From Patescibacteria group bacterium (GTDB taxonomy: Bacteria > Patescibacteriota > Patescibacteriia > 2-01-FULL-39-33): 64,000 nucleotides of DNA. Numbering within the stretch: position 1 is the stretch's first letter; each line of letters opens with the position of its first letter. Below are positions 18,185 to 27,027 of the stretch, in pieces. The DNA is taken from the NCBI GenBank assembly GCA_041649575.1, contig JBAZMW010000001.1:154711-218710 (forward strand). The letters are read 5' to 3'. Made by a program: the position numbers and the translations under genes. The notes under the pieces are model-generated. The model searched no databases. It was not told the DNA's origin and saw nothing but the letters and a program-made list of their open reading frames with translations.

Positions 18185-19156
18185 ATGGACACTTTAAATA
18201 AATTAAAGGCGGTGGTTTCTGGTTCCATAAAGGAGCGGGAAATTTTGGCGCCTTATACCACTTTCAATATTGGCGGCGCGGCCAGCTATTTTTATTTGGT
18301 TAATAATTCGGACGAGATGATTAAATTGGTGGCAGTGGCCGAAAAGAAAAAATTATCTTATCTTATTCTGGGCGGCGGCAGTAATCTGTTGATCAGCGAC
18401 CAGGGCTTTCAGGGTTTGGTCATAAAAAATAATTGCGCCAAAATCAGAATAAAGAATGATTTAGTGGAAGCGGAAGCCGGGGTCTTGCTTTCCAAGCTGC
18501 TGGGTGAAACGATGGCTGGCGCCTTGCTGGGACTCGAGTGGGCGACGGGGATTCCGGGCACGGTGGGCGGCGCTGTTTGTAATAACGCCGGCGCCTATGG
18601 CGGGCAGATGAGCGACAATATTATTGGCGTTAAAATCATAAGAAACGGCAAAATAAAAGAATTGACAAACAAAAAATGCCAATTCGCTTATCGAGAAAGT
18701 ATTTTTAAAAAGCAAGAAAAGCGTGATGTCATTTTGTCGGTAGTCTTGAAGTTGAAAAAGGGGAGCGCTGTCCAGCTAATGAAGGCCAGAGAAAACATCA
18801 AACTAATAAACAAAAAGCGGGGCAAAAAATTCAGTAGCGCTTCAGCCGGCAGTGTTTTTAAGAATATTTTTTTGGCCGAAAAGGAAATAATCGATTTTAA
18901 AAATAAATTTTCGCAACTGCCGGAAGAGTTTATGGAAAGTAGAAAAATACCAGCTGCCTGGCTGATCGATCAGTGCGGTTTGAAAGGCAGGGCTATTGGC
19001 GGCGCTAAAGTTTCAGAGGAGCATGCCGGTATAATTATAAATACCGGAACAGCTACCGCGGAAAACGTCATTATGTTAATTAGTGTCATCAAACAAAAAG
19101 TGAGAAGCAAGTTTAATTTGCAGTTGATGGAAGAGGTGGAGTACGTGGGTTTTTAG
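18185..19156 (+). CDS. murB: UDP-N-acetylenolpyruvoylglucosamine reductase MurB
   Basis: FAD-binding N-terminus (TTFNIGGAA), GGGSNLL, C-terminal MurB domain. Confidence 0.85.
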   Translation: MDTLNKLKAVVSGSIKEREILAPYTTFNIGGAASYFYLVNNSDEMIKLVAVAEKKKLSYLILGGGSNLLISDQGFQGLVIKNNCAKIRIKNDLVEAEAGVLLSKLLGETMAGALLGLEWATGIPGTVGGAVCNNAGAYGGQMSDNIIGVKIIRNGKIKELTNKKCQFAYRESIFKKQEKRDVILSVVLKLKKGSAVQLMKARENIKLINKKRGKKFSSASAGSVFKNIFLAEKEIIDFKNKFSQLPEEFMESRKIPAAWLIDQCGLKGRAIGGAKVSEEHAGIIINTGTATAENVIMLISVIKQKVRSKFNLQLMEEVEYVGF

Positions 19157-19262
19157 TTGTCATCGCGAGGGAGCGTAAGCGACCGTCCGCCTAGGTTTAG
19201 CGAGATAGGTGGCAATCTCGCGGGATTGCTTCGCTAAGCTCGCAATGACAATTAGTAATTAA
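19157..19262. repeat. Large imperfect inverted repeat built from two copies of a ~40-nt unit (TTGTCATYGCGAGG.AGC..AAGCGAC...) plus an inner hairpin GCGAGATaggtggcaATCTCGC
   Basis: Left arm 19157-19193 is the reverse complement of right arm 19215-19259 with few mismatches. A third, single-arm copy lies inside cysS (41887..41929). Confidence 0.6.
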
Positions 19263-19271
19263 CCAAAAAAC

Positions 19272-19577
19272 ATGCAAATCAACATCAAAGCGACCAAGGC
19301 GCAGCTCACGCCCCAGGCCCATGATATTATCAATGAAAAAATCGAGAGCCTGGCTAAATACTGCGACTGTATTATCAAAGCGGACGTAGAAGTGGGATTG
19401 ACCAGCCTGCATCACAACAAAGGCGATATTTATCGGGCAGAGGTAAATTTGGAGGTGCCGGGAAAAGTTTTGCGCGCCGAAGCCGAGACCGAAAATATAA
19501 CCAAATCAATGAACGAGGTGAGAGATAAATTAAAAATGGAATTAGTGAAGTACAAGGAAAAAATCAGAGAAAAATAA
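19272..19577 (+). CDS. hpf: Ribosome hibernation promoting factor / RaiA family
   Basis: MQINIKATKAQLTPQAHDIINEKIESLAKY..., a typical HPF/YfiA N-terminus; about 100 aa. Confidence 0.8.
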   Translation: MQINIKATKAQLTPQAHDIINEKIESLAKYCDCIIKADVEVGLTSLHHNKGDIYRAEVNLEVPGKVLRAEAETENITKSMNEVRDKLKMELVKYKEKIREK

Positions 19578-19729
19578 ATAAAAAAATGAACTACCCCAGT
19601 TCTGATAAGAATTAGGGTAGTTTTATGAATCCAGAAATATTTTAATAGTTTGGACAGGTGGGGCAGCTTTTATTTGCCTTATCTTGACTTTTTTGTTAAA
19701 ATAATGGCGTTATTATTTATTTTTATCAA

Positions 19730-22450
19730 ATGTCAATATTTTCTAAAATTTTCGGAGATCCCAATAAAAAAGTAGTTGTAGAAATGCAGGCAGTTATTGA
19801 GGAAATCAATAAGCTGGAAGCGCAACTGGAAAAACTGTCTGACGAGGAATTAAAGGGACAAACTCAAAAACTGAAAGAACAATTGACGCAAGGCAAGTCT
19901 TTGGACGATATCTTGCCCGAGGCTTTTGCCACGGTGCGGGAAGCGGCTAAACGCACCATCGGTCAGCGGCATTTTGACGTACAGCTTATCGGTGGCATTG
20001 TTTTGCATCGCGGACAAATCGCAGAAATGAAAACCGGCGAAGGTAAAACTTTGGTCGCCACCGGCCCGATGTATTTAAACGCCTTGGCGGGCAAGGGAGC
20101 GCATCTGGTGACCGTTAATGACTATTTGGCGCGCATTCACGCCGACTGGATGGGTAAAATTTATGATTTTTTGGGGTTGACCGTCGGCTGCATCCAACAG
20201 CAAAACACTTCCTATAAATTTGACGCCAAGTATGAGCGCCAGGAGGGTGACCCGATTTTGGACGTGCAAAATTTAGTGCCTTGCACCCGCCGGGAAGCGT
20301 ATGCCTGCGATGTTTTGTATGGCACTAACAACGAATTCGGCTTTGATTATCTGCGCGACAATATGGTGCAGTCGCTGGAGGAAATGGTTCAGCGCGAAAT
20401 TCACTTTGCTATTGTCGACGAGGTAGACTCGATTCTGATCGACGAAGCGCGGACGCCGCTCATCATCTCGGCGCCGGACATGGAGTCGACCGACAAGTAT
20501 TATCAGTTTGCGCAAATTGTCAGCAAGCTGGAGGCGGAAACGGATTATAATATTGATGAAAAAATGCGCGCGGCGACTTTGACCGAAGACGGTTTGTCTA
20601 AGGTAGAAAAAATACTGGGTGTGGAAAACATTTATACCGACAGAGGTATCAGCGAAGTGCACCATGTCGAACAGGCGCTCAAGGCCCGGGCGTTATTTAA
20701 GAAAGATCGGGATTACGTGGTCAAGGACGGCGAGATAATCATTATTGACGAATTTACCGGCCGGATGATGTTTGGCCGGCGTTATAGCGAAGGCTTGCAC
20801 CAGGCCATCGAGGCCAAAGAAAACGTCAAAGTGCAGAGAGAGAGCCAGACTTTGGCCACCATTTCTTTTCAAAATTATTTCAGGTTGTATCAGAAGCTCT
20901 CTGGTATGACCGGAACGGCGGCGACTGAAGCCGAAGAATTTTCCAAGATTTATAATTTGGAGGTGGTAGCGATTCCCACCAACAAAGCCATGATCAGGCG
21001 CGACTTAAGCGACCGGATTTATAAGAATGAAGCTGGCAAATTTAAATCGCTGGTTAAGGAGGTTAAGCAGCGTCATGAACAAGGGCAGCCAGTATTAATC
21101 GGCACCATCTCTATTGAAAAAAATGAACTATTGGCAGAGCTGTTGGCGCGAGAAGGATTGGAATACCAAATTCTTAATGCCAAACACCACGAAAAAGAAG
21201 CCCATATTATCGCGCAGGCCGGTAAATTCGGCGCGATCACAGTGGCAACCAATATGGCCGGCCGTGGCGTGGATATTATTTTGGGCGGTTATCCGTTCAA
21301 TCAAGAGGAATACGAGAAGGTAGTGAAAAGCGGCGGCCTGTGTGTCCTGGGCACCGAGCGGCACGAATCGCGCCGCATTGACAACCAGTTGCGCGGCCGC
21401 AGCGGCCGGCAGGGTGATCCGGGTGAATCGCGATTTTTTATTTCTCTCGATGACGACTTGATGCGAATCTTCGGCTCTACCAATATGAAATCGATCATGG
21501 AACGACTGGGTTTGCCCGAGGATATGCCTATAGAAAACAAAACCATCTCCAAATTAATCGAACAGGCGCAGAAAAAAGTGGAGGGTAATAATTTTGATAT
21601 CCGCAAGCACTTGGTGGAGTACGACGATGTGATGAACAAGCAAAGAGAAACTATTTATCGCAAACGGCGCGAGATTCTCAATAACATTGATACCAAAGAA
21701 AATGTCTTAAACGCTCTAACCAAAGAAATTCAAACGGTGGTCGACTTTCATACCCAGAATCCGGCCGAAGAAGAATGGAATACCAAGGAGATTTACGAGA
21801 CTGTCAATACAATTTTTCCTGTCAAAAATGAAATGCGGCTGTCTTTGGAACAGTTGAGGCTGGAGGCAGGGGACGATCAGCAGGATAAGATTTCTCGTGA
21901 TAAAATTTTTGGCTATCTGAAAAAATTGGTAATCGATACCTACAATAATTTGGAAGAAAAAATTAATCAGTTGCCCAACCCTTTGCCGGAAGTTTTGCCC
22001 ATGCGGCAGGTTGAAAGGGGCATGCTGCTAAGAGTAATCGACACTTTTTGGGTGGAGCATTTGGAGACGATGCAATATTTGCGTACCGGCATCGGACTAC
22101 GCGGTTATGGCCAAAGGGATCCGCTGGTAGAGTACAAGCGGGAGGCGCTTAGAATGTTTAAAGAATTATTGGCCAATATCGATAAGCAAATAGCTTACAG
22201 TATTTTCAAAGTCGGTTTTATCACTCCCAGTGAAATCGCAGTCGAGAAGCAGCCGAAGAATTTGCAATTTTCGGCTCCCAGTAAGGAATCGTCTTTTCAT
22301 TCGCCAATGGAAGCCGATGAGGGGCTGGAAGAAAGAAAAGCCGATAAAATTATCAAAGACAGCAGTCATTATGACGGGCAAAAAGTTGGCCGCAACGATC
22401 CATGCCCTTGTGGTAGTGGCAAGAAGTTTAAGAATTGTCATGGGAAGTAA
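19730..22450 (+). CDS. secA: Preprotein translocase ATPase SecA
   Basis: 906 aa; Walker A MKTGEGKT; DEAD-like DEVDSILIDEARTPLIIS; C-terminal zinc motif CPCGSGKKFKNCHG. Confidence 0.95.
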   Translation: MSIFSKIFGDPNKKVVVEMQAVIEEINKLEAQLEKLSDEELKGQTQKLKEQLTQGKSLDDILPEAFATVREAAKRTIGQRHFDVQLIGGIVLHRGQIAEMKTGEGKTLVATGPMYLNALAGKGAHLVTVNDYLARIHADWMGKIYDFLGLTVGCIQQQNTSYKFDAKYERQEGDPILDVQNLVPCTRREAYACDVLYGTNNEFGFDYLRDNMVQSLEEMVQREIHFAIVDEVDSILIDEARTPLIISAPDMESTDKYYQFAQIVSKLEAETDYNIDEKMRAATLTEDGLSKVEKILGVENIYTDRGISEVHHVEQALKARALFKKDRDYVVKDGEIIIIDEFTGRMMFGRRYSEGLHQAIEAKENVKVQRESQTLATISFQNYFRLYQKLSGMTGTAATEAEEFSKIYNLEVVAIPTNKAMIRRDLSDRIYKNEAGKFKSLVKEVKQRHEQGQPVLIGTISIEKNELLAELLAREGLEYQILNAKHHEKEAHIIAQAGKFGAITVATNMAGRGVDIILGGYPFNQEEYEKVVKSGGLCVLGTERHESRRIDNQLRGRSGRQGDPGESRFFISLDDDLMRIFGSTNMKSIMERLGLPEDMPIENKTISKLIEQAQKKVEGNNFDIRKHLVEYDDVMNKQRETIYRKRREILNNIDTKENVLNALTKEIQTVVDFHTQNPAEEEWNTKEIYETVNTIFPVKNEMRLSLEQLRLEAGDDQQDKISRDKIFGYLKKLVIDTYNNLEEKINQLPNPLPEVLPMRQVERGMLLRVIDTFWVEHLETMQYLRTGIGLRGYGQRDPLVEYKREALRMFKELLANIDKQIAYSIFKVGFITPSEIAVEKQPKNLQFSAPSKESSFHSPMEADEGLEERKADKIIKDSSHYDGQKVGRNDPCPCGSGKKFKNCHGK

Positions 22451-22462
22451 TCGGGACGGTCA

Positions 22463-22484
22463 CTTTTTTCCTAGGAGAAAAAAG
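22463..22484. terminator. Palindrome CTTTTTTCCTAGGAGAAAAAAG downstream of secA
   Basis: Perfect hairpin with a CTAG centre, the same architecture as the 10851 palindrome. Confidence 0.4.
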
Positions 22485-22524
22485 CTGACTAAAAAGAAAT
22501 AGCTCGCATTATATAATTAGATAT

Positions 22525-22956
22525 ATGGATCACGTTGCTATAATGAATAAGTCGTGGAAGCTGATCCCGAAAATTTTATCAGGAGAGAAAACCATCGAAT
22601 CTCGTTGGTATCAGACAAAGCGCTCGCCTTGGGGAAAAATAATGGCTGGCCAGACTGTTTATTTTAAAAATTCTGGTGAGCCTGTTATTGCTAAGGCTAT
22701 AGTCTCTGAGGCGATGCAGTTTGAAATTAATAGCATTGATGATGCAAGGGATATTGTAAGCAAATACGGCCAAGAAATATGCCTGGTCGATAATAATCCA
22801 GCCCGATGGAGAAGGCTGGCTAAGTATTGCATTCTCATTCGTTTGAAAAATCCTGAAAGGTTAGCCACGCCATTTCAAATTGATAAAAAAGGATTTGGGA
22901 GCGGTGCGGCCTGGATTATAGTAGAAAGTATAGAAAAGATCAAAATAAAAGAGTAA
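22525..22956 (+). CDS. ASCH/PUA-like domain protein
   Basis: N-terminus WKLIPKILSGEKTIESRWYQTKRSPWGKI resembles ASCH domain proteins; 143 aa. Confidence 0.4.
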   Translation: MDHVAIMNKSWKLIPKILSGEKTIESRWYQTKRSPWGKIMAGQTVYFKNSGEPVIAKAIVSEAMQFEINSIDDARDIVSKYGQEICLVDNNPARWRRLAKYCILIRLKNPERLATPFQIDKKGFGSGAAWIIVESIEKIKIKE

Positions 22957-22968
22957 TTTTTATTTAGT

Positions 22969-23226
22969 ATGGATATCCTGGAAGAACGAATAAAAAAGAT
23001 TGAAGAGAGAAATCTCAAAGTAGAGGTAGACAAAGCCTGGGAAACCAGCTGGACCAGGAGGCTTTGCGTTGCTATTTTTACTTATCTGGCTATCAGTTTG
23101 TATATGTTGGCGGTTGATATAGACCGGCCCTGGCTTAATGCTATTGTGCCCACGGTTGGTTTTATGATTTCTACACTCGCCATACAGCCTATAAAAAATA
23201 TTTGGATTAAAATTAATAAAAAATAA
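22969..23226 (+). CDS. Small hypothetical membrane protein (2 TM)
   Basis: ORF with two hydrophobic helices. Confidence 0.35.
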   Translation: MDILEERIKKIEERNLKVEVDKAWETSWTRRLCVAIFTYLAISLYMLAVDIDRPWLNAIVPTVGFMISTLAIQPIKNIWIKINKK

Positions 23227-23236
23227 CAAGAATTAT

Positions 23237-23716
23237 ATGGAAGGCAAAATAAAAAAGCCACTAACTTTATGCTTAGTGCATCAGGAGAATAAAATTCTCT
23301 TAGGTATGAAAAAAAGAGGATTTGGCGCTGGCAGATGGAATGGCTTCGGCGGAAAATTACAAGAAGAAGAAAGCATCGAAGCAGCGGCTAAAAGAGAAAT
23401 GCTAGAAGAAGCAGGACTGGATGTGAGGGATTTAGAATTAGTGGGTATTATGGAATTTGACGCCCCGCATTTTGAAAAAATTCTAGAGGTCCATGTTTTT
23501 CGAGCGGGTGATTTTGAGGGTGAGCCAATAGAATCCGAAGAGATGTTGCCCCAGTGGTTTGAAACAAATCAATTGCCGTTTGACTCAATGTGGCCAGACG
23601 ATATACACTGGATGCCGCTTTTTTTGGCTGGCAAAAAATGGCGCGGTAGATTCTTTTTTGATGAAAAAACCAACGAAATTGTGGAAATGGAGATATCAGA
23701 AGTTGACTCTTTGTAG
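23237..23716 (+). CDS. NUDIX hydrolase
   Basis: Nudix box GGKLQEEESIEAAAKREMLEEAGL (GX5EX7REUXEEXGU). Confidence 0.8.
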   Translation: MEGKIKKPLTLCLVHQENKILLGMKKRGFGAGRWNGFGGKLQEEESIEAAAKREMLEEAGLDVRDLELVGIMEFDAPHFEKILEVHVFRAGDFEGEPIESEEMLPQWFETNQLPFDSMWPDDIHWMPLFLAGKKWRGRFFFDEKTNEIVEMEISEVDSL

Positions 23717-23793
23717 CTTTGACAAAAAGCAGCTGTCATAATACAATGTCATTTTAGGAGCGTGGTACTTTCAACAACAAGGAGGATCTGGCC

Positions 23794-24162
23794 ATGTTAC
23801 TGGACTGCGGGGCTTATCTCGAATTACCGGGCAATCTTCAGCGTGAGCTGGCTAGGCCACTGGCCGAGCTCAATCAGGAGCTCGGAAATCTCTGGCAGCG
23901 AGTAGGCGCCCTGGAAGAAGGACAAGGGGACTACCGAGCACTCGCCCAGGAAGTCTTTGAACAGCTTCTGGCCGAGGTCAAGATGTGGGTCAGAGGCATC
24001 GCCGCGCGGGAAGTATTGGACAGCGGCAGGCAGGCCGAACTTGCCAGGGCAGCCCGCAACTTCCAACTGCGGGTGATCGAGGCGGTTTATACTCTGGGGA
24101 TAGAGTTTTCCTCTACCGTGCTGGTGGAAGAACCATCGGCGGCAGCAGCGGTTGTCGGCTGA
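23794..24162 (+). CDS. GC-rich islet ORF, 122-aa predicted alpha-helical protein of unknown function
   Basis: SD cAAGGAGGatctggccATG; about 58% GC against the ~38% host; followed by a rho-independent terminator. Confidence 0.5.
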   Translation: MLLDCGAYLELPGNLQRELARPLAELNQELGNLWQRVGALEEGQGDYRALAQEVFEQLLAEVKMWVRGIAAREVLDSGRQAELARAARNFQLRVIEAVYTLGIEFSSTVLVEEPSAAAAVVG

Positions 24163-24194
24163 AAAGGTTTCGCCTTGAAGTTCTGGTGGCACAA

Positions 24195-24236
24195 GAGCTG
24201 CTCCAACGGCTTGGAGCAGCTTTTTCTTTTGTTTTT
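24195..24236 (+). terminator. Rho-independent terminator (GAGCTGCTCCAAcggcTTGGAGCAGC + TTTTTCTTTTGTTTTT)
   Basis: Perfect 12-bp stem followed by a T-tract. Confidence 0.7.
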
Positions 24237-24281
24237 AAAATGTTAAAATTTATCTACCTTGAATTTAAATAATCAAAAAAC

Positions 24282-25142
24282 ATGCCAGAATTGCCGGAAG
24301 TGCAGACCGTCGTATCTGAACTGCAAAAAAAGATAAAGAATAAAAAGATAAAGGAAGTGCGGGTAAGGGCTGCTAAGGTAGCTTTGCCTAGCGTTAAAAT
24401 TCTAATAGCCAAACTAAAGAACAAAAAGATTCATGGCGTTTCTCGCCGCGGCAAGATGATTATTATTGATTTGGGCGGTGATCACAATATTTTAATTCAT
24501 CTGAAGATGACCGGTCAGCTGGTTTATGTGTCTAAGTCTGGTAAAAAGGTTTCGGGTGGCCATCCAATTGGCAACGTTGGAATTTTGCCTAATAAATTTT
24601 CTCACGTGATTATAAAATTTACTGACGGTTCGGTTCTGTATTTCAACGATATACGTAAGTTCGGCTGGGTTAAATATGTTGATAATGCCAGACGGGATTT
24701 GGCCAAACAAAAATACGGCATTGAGCCGTTTGACAAGGAATACAAAATTGATTGGCTTGGGTCGCTCTTGAAAAGATATAAAAATAAAAAGATTAAGCAA
24801 CTATTAATGGATCAAGAAAAAATCGCTGGTATTGGCAATATTTACGCCGATGAGTCGTTGTTTGCGGCCGGCGTTTTGCCCACCAGAACCAGCGGTAGCT
24901 TGAAAAAAGCGGAAATTAGTAAATTATTTGAGGCAATTCCTAAAATTTTGAAATTAGCAATCACCAAGGGCGGTACCTCGGCCGACAATTACGTGCGCAC
25001 CGACGGCACCCAAGGCGGTATGATGAAATATTTGAAAGTTTATGGCCGAAAAGGAAAAAAATGCCGGCGTTGCGGCGGCAGAGTTAAAAAAATAAAACTG
25101 GGCGGCCGTGGCACGCATTTTTGCCCAGCTTGTCAAAAATAA
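24282..25142 (+). CDS. mutM: Formamidopyrimidine-DNA glycosylase (Fpg/MutM)
   Basis: N-terminal MPELPEV (catalytic Pro2, Glu3) and C-terminal zinc finger CRRCGGRVKKIKLGGRGTHFCPACQ. Confidence 0.9.
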   Translation: MPELPEVQTVVSELQKKIKNKKIKEVRVRAAKVALPSVKILIAKLKNKKIHGVSRRGKMIIIDLGGDHNILIHLKMTGQLVYVSKSGKKVSGGHPIGNVGILPNKFSHVIIKFTDGSVLYFNDIRKFGWVKYVDNARRDLAKQKYGIEPFDKEYKIDWLGSLLKRYKNKKIKQLLMDQEKIAGIGNIYADESLFAAGVLPTRTSGSLKKAEISKLFEAIPKILKLAITKGGTSADNYVRTDGTQGGMMKYLKVYGRKGKKCRRCGGRVKKIKLGGRGTHFCPACQK

Positions 25143-25209
25143 GACAACTCTCTCCTTTGGTTCAAGGAGAGAGCATGTGTACGATTGTTCGCTTGGCGCC
25201 TCGGGCTGG

Positions 25210-25632
25210 CTAGGCGGCCGGTGTTTTAACAGTTCTTAATGCTTCTAGATGCGTCCGGCATTGCTCGGCGAGCTTCTGGGCGGTTTCATACATTCTCATA
25301 TCGGCCGCATGTTCCGCCTCATCTTCCTGTCTGGCTTGCGCGACCATTTCATCGGAGACTCTGGCTTTTGCTTCAGCGATTTTCTCCGCGTCGCCGGTCG
25401 TCAGTTCTTCTATCTCGCCCGCCAAAGTCCTGGGGTTGATATAAGCCAGTTGTGGCTTTGTCATGCCCTCAAGCTCTTTGATCAGGTCTTCCAGAAGAAC
25501 CATTGAGACCCTGTCGATGATGGTTTCCGGGGTGTCTCCCTCTCGCAGGTTGATGTGGGCGTCACCGGGAGCGCCAACGCCCCCTACGCCCACATTAATT
25601 GAGCTGATTGTCCGCGCGCTGTCGTCTGGCAT
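25210..25632 (-). CDS. GC-rich islet ORF, 140-aa acidic helical protein of unknown function
   Basis: SD AAGGAGGGttacttATG on the minus strand; about 56% GC. Hairpin CTCTCTCCTTTggttcAAGGAGAGAG at 25149-25174, between the fpg stop and this gene's 3' end. Confidence 0.45.
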   Translation of the reverse strand: MPDDSARTISSINVGVGGVGAPGDAHINLREGDTPETIIDRVSMVLLEDLIKELEGMTKPQLAYINPRTLAGEIEELTTGDAEKIAEAKARVSDEMVAQARQEDEAEHAADMRMYETAQKLAEQCRTHLEALRTVKTPAA

Positions 25633-25729
25633 AAGTAACCCTCCTTTCCAAGGACTAGCTATTTTATATCAGTTAACCGGCAAAAAAGCAAACACCCTGA
25701 TAAACGGGTGCTTGTTGGTTTGATGGAGA

Positions 25730-26164
25730 TTAAAGTATTATAAAAATCAAATAAAGCAAGATAGTCAGGCCGATGCCGATGCCCGTGCCGATAATTACTT
25801 CCATTAAGCCGTGGCCAACCCGTTCTGGCAGATAGGTGATCGTCTTTTTGTTTTTGAAAATTTCTTTGGCCAGACGATTGGTGAGAGCGGCATTATCGCC
25901 GATTTCGCGGCGGAAACCGATAGCGTCCCGCACTACTATCACCCACAAGACAAAGGCAATGGCAAAGGCGGCGGAGTCAAATCTCTGGGTCAGGCCGACA
26001 ACAGTAGCCAGAGAAGTGACAAAAGCCGCATGAGAAGAAGGCATGCCGCCGTAATCTCTGACCAGGTGTTGCCAAGTCAAATTATTTGGTATACCATCAA
26101 TAGAGAGTTTGATAATTTGAGTGGCGATACCCACTATAACGGGAATCAAGATTAACTCGAACAT
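25730..26164 (-). CDS. Divergent PAP2 family membrane protein (DUF212/YuiD-like)
   Basis: Motif YGGMPSSHAAFVTSLATVVGL, which is characteristic of this family, with flanking TM helices. Confidence 0.6.
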   Translation of the reverse strand: MFELILIPVIVGIATQIIKLSIDGIPNNLTWQHLVRDYGGMPSSHAAFVTSLATVVGLTQRFDSAAFAIAFVLWVIVVRDAIGFRREIGDNAALTNRLAKEIFKNKKTITYLPERVGHGLMEVIIGTGIGIGLTILLYLIFIIL

Positions 26165-26178
26165 AGTTTTGATTTTTT

Positions 26179-27027
26179 ATGCAATATTTTTTAGCAATTT
26201 TTGCCGGAGTTCTGCAGGGGCTGACTGAATTTTTACCGATTTCCAGCTCCGGACACCTGGTAATCTTTCATCAGATTTTTAAGGTTTCTTTTATTGGCGG
26301 TCCGGGCGCGGGCGAGAGCTTGTCGGGAGATTTATTGTTTGATGTGGTGCTGCATCTGGGAACTCTGGTGGCTCTCTTGGTCTTTTTTTTCCGTGATGTG
26401 GAAAAAATTGTTCGTGGTTTTTTCTCCAGCCTGACCAACTGGAACTGGGCCAATAATTTTAATCAACGCCTGGCTTGGCTGGTAATTATCGGCACGATTC
26501 CGGCGGCAATCCTGGGGTTTTTTCTGGAAGATTTAATAACTAATTACTCGCGTTCCGCTTTTTTAGTGGCTATAATGTTGATTGTGGTGGCGGTACTATT
26601 TTGGATTTTTGAAAAATATTCTTTGAAACAGAAAGATTTGCAAACCGCCAGTAGATGGGATTCCTTGATTATTGGTTGCGCTCAAGCCCTGGCTCTGATT
26701 CCCGGAGTTTCACGCAGCGGCATTACCATTATAGCAGGTCTGGGCAGAAAGATGAAGCGAATCGAGGCCGCTAGGTTTTCTTTTTTGCTGTCGATGCCGA
26801 TAATTTTTGCCGCCGGCATCAAAAAAATATTAGAAATCGACAGCTTGGCCAATGTTAATTGGCTAATTTTGATTATTGGTTTTTTGACGGCCACCGTCTC
26901 TGGCTATTTGGTGATAAAATACTTTCTTAAATACCTGAATCGTCATTCTCTGAATATTTTTGCCTGGTATCGATTGATAATTGGCTGTTTGATATTGATT
27001 TGGTTGATTTTTTTCTTTGGCGCATAG
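26179..27027 (+). CDS. uppP: Undecaprenyl-diphosphatase UppP/BacA
   Basis: LTEFLPISSSGHL motif; 8 TM; ...PGVSRSG... Confidence 0.9.
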   Translation: MQYFLAIFAGVLQGLTEFLPISSSGHLVIFHQIFKVSFIGGPGAGESLSGDLLFDVVLHLGTLVALLVFFFRDVEKIVRGFFSSLTNWNWANNFNQRLAWLVIIGTIPAAILGFFLEDLITNYSRSAFLVAIMLIVVAVLFWIFEKYSLKQKDLQTASRWDSLIIGCAQALALIPGVSRSGITIIAGLGRKMKRIEAARFSFLLSMPIIFAAGIKKILEIDSLANVNWLILIIGFLTATVSGYLVIKYFLKYLNRHSLNIFAWYRLIIGCLILIWLIFFFGA

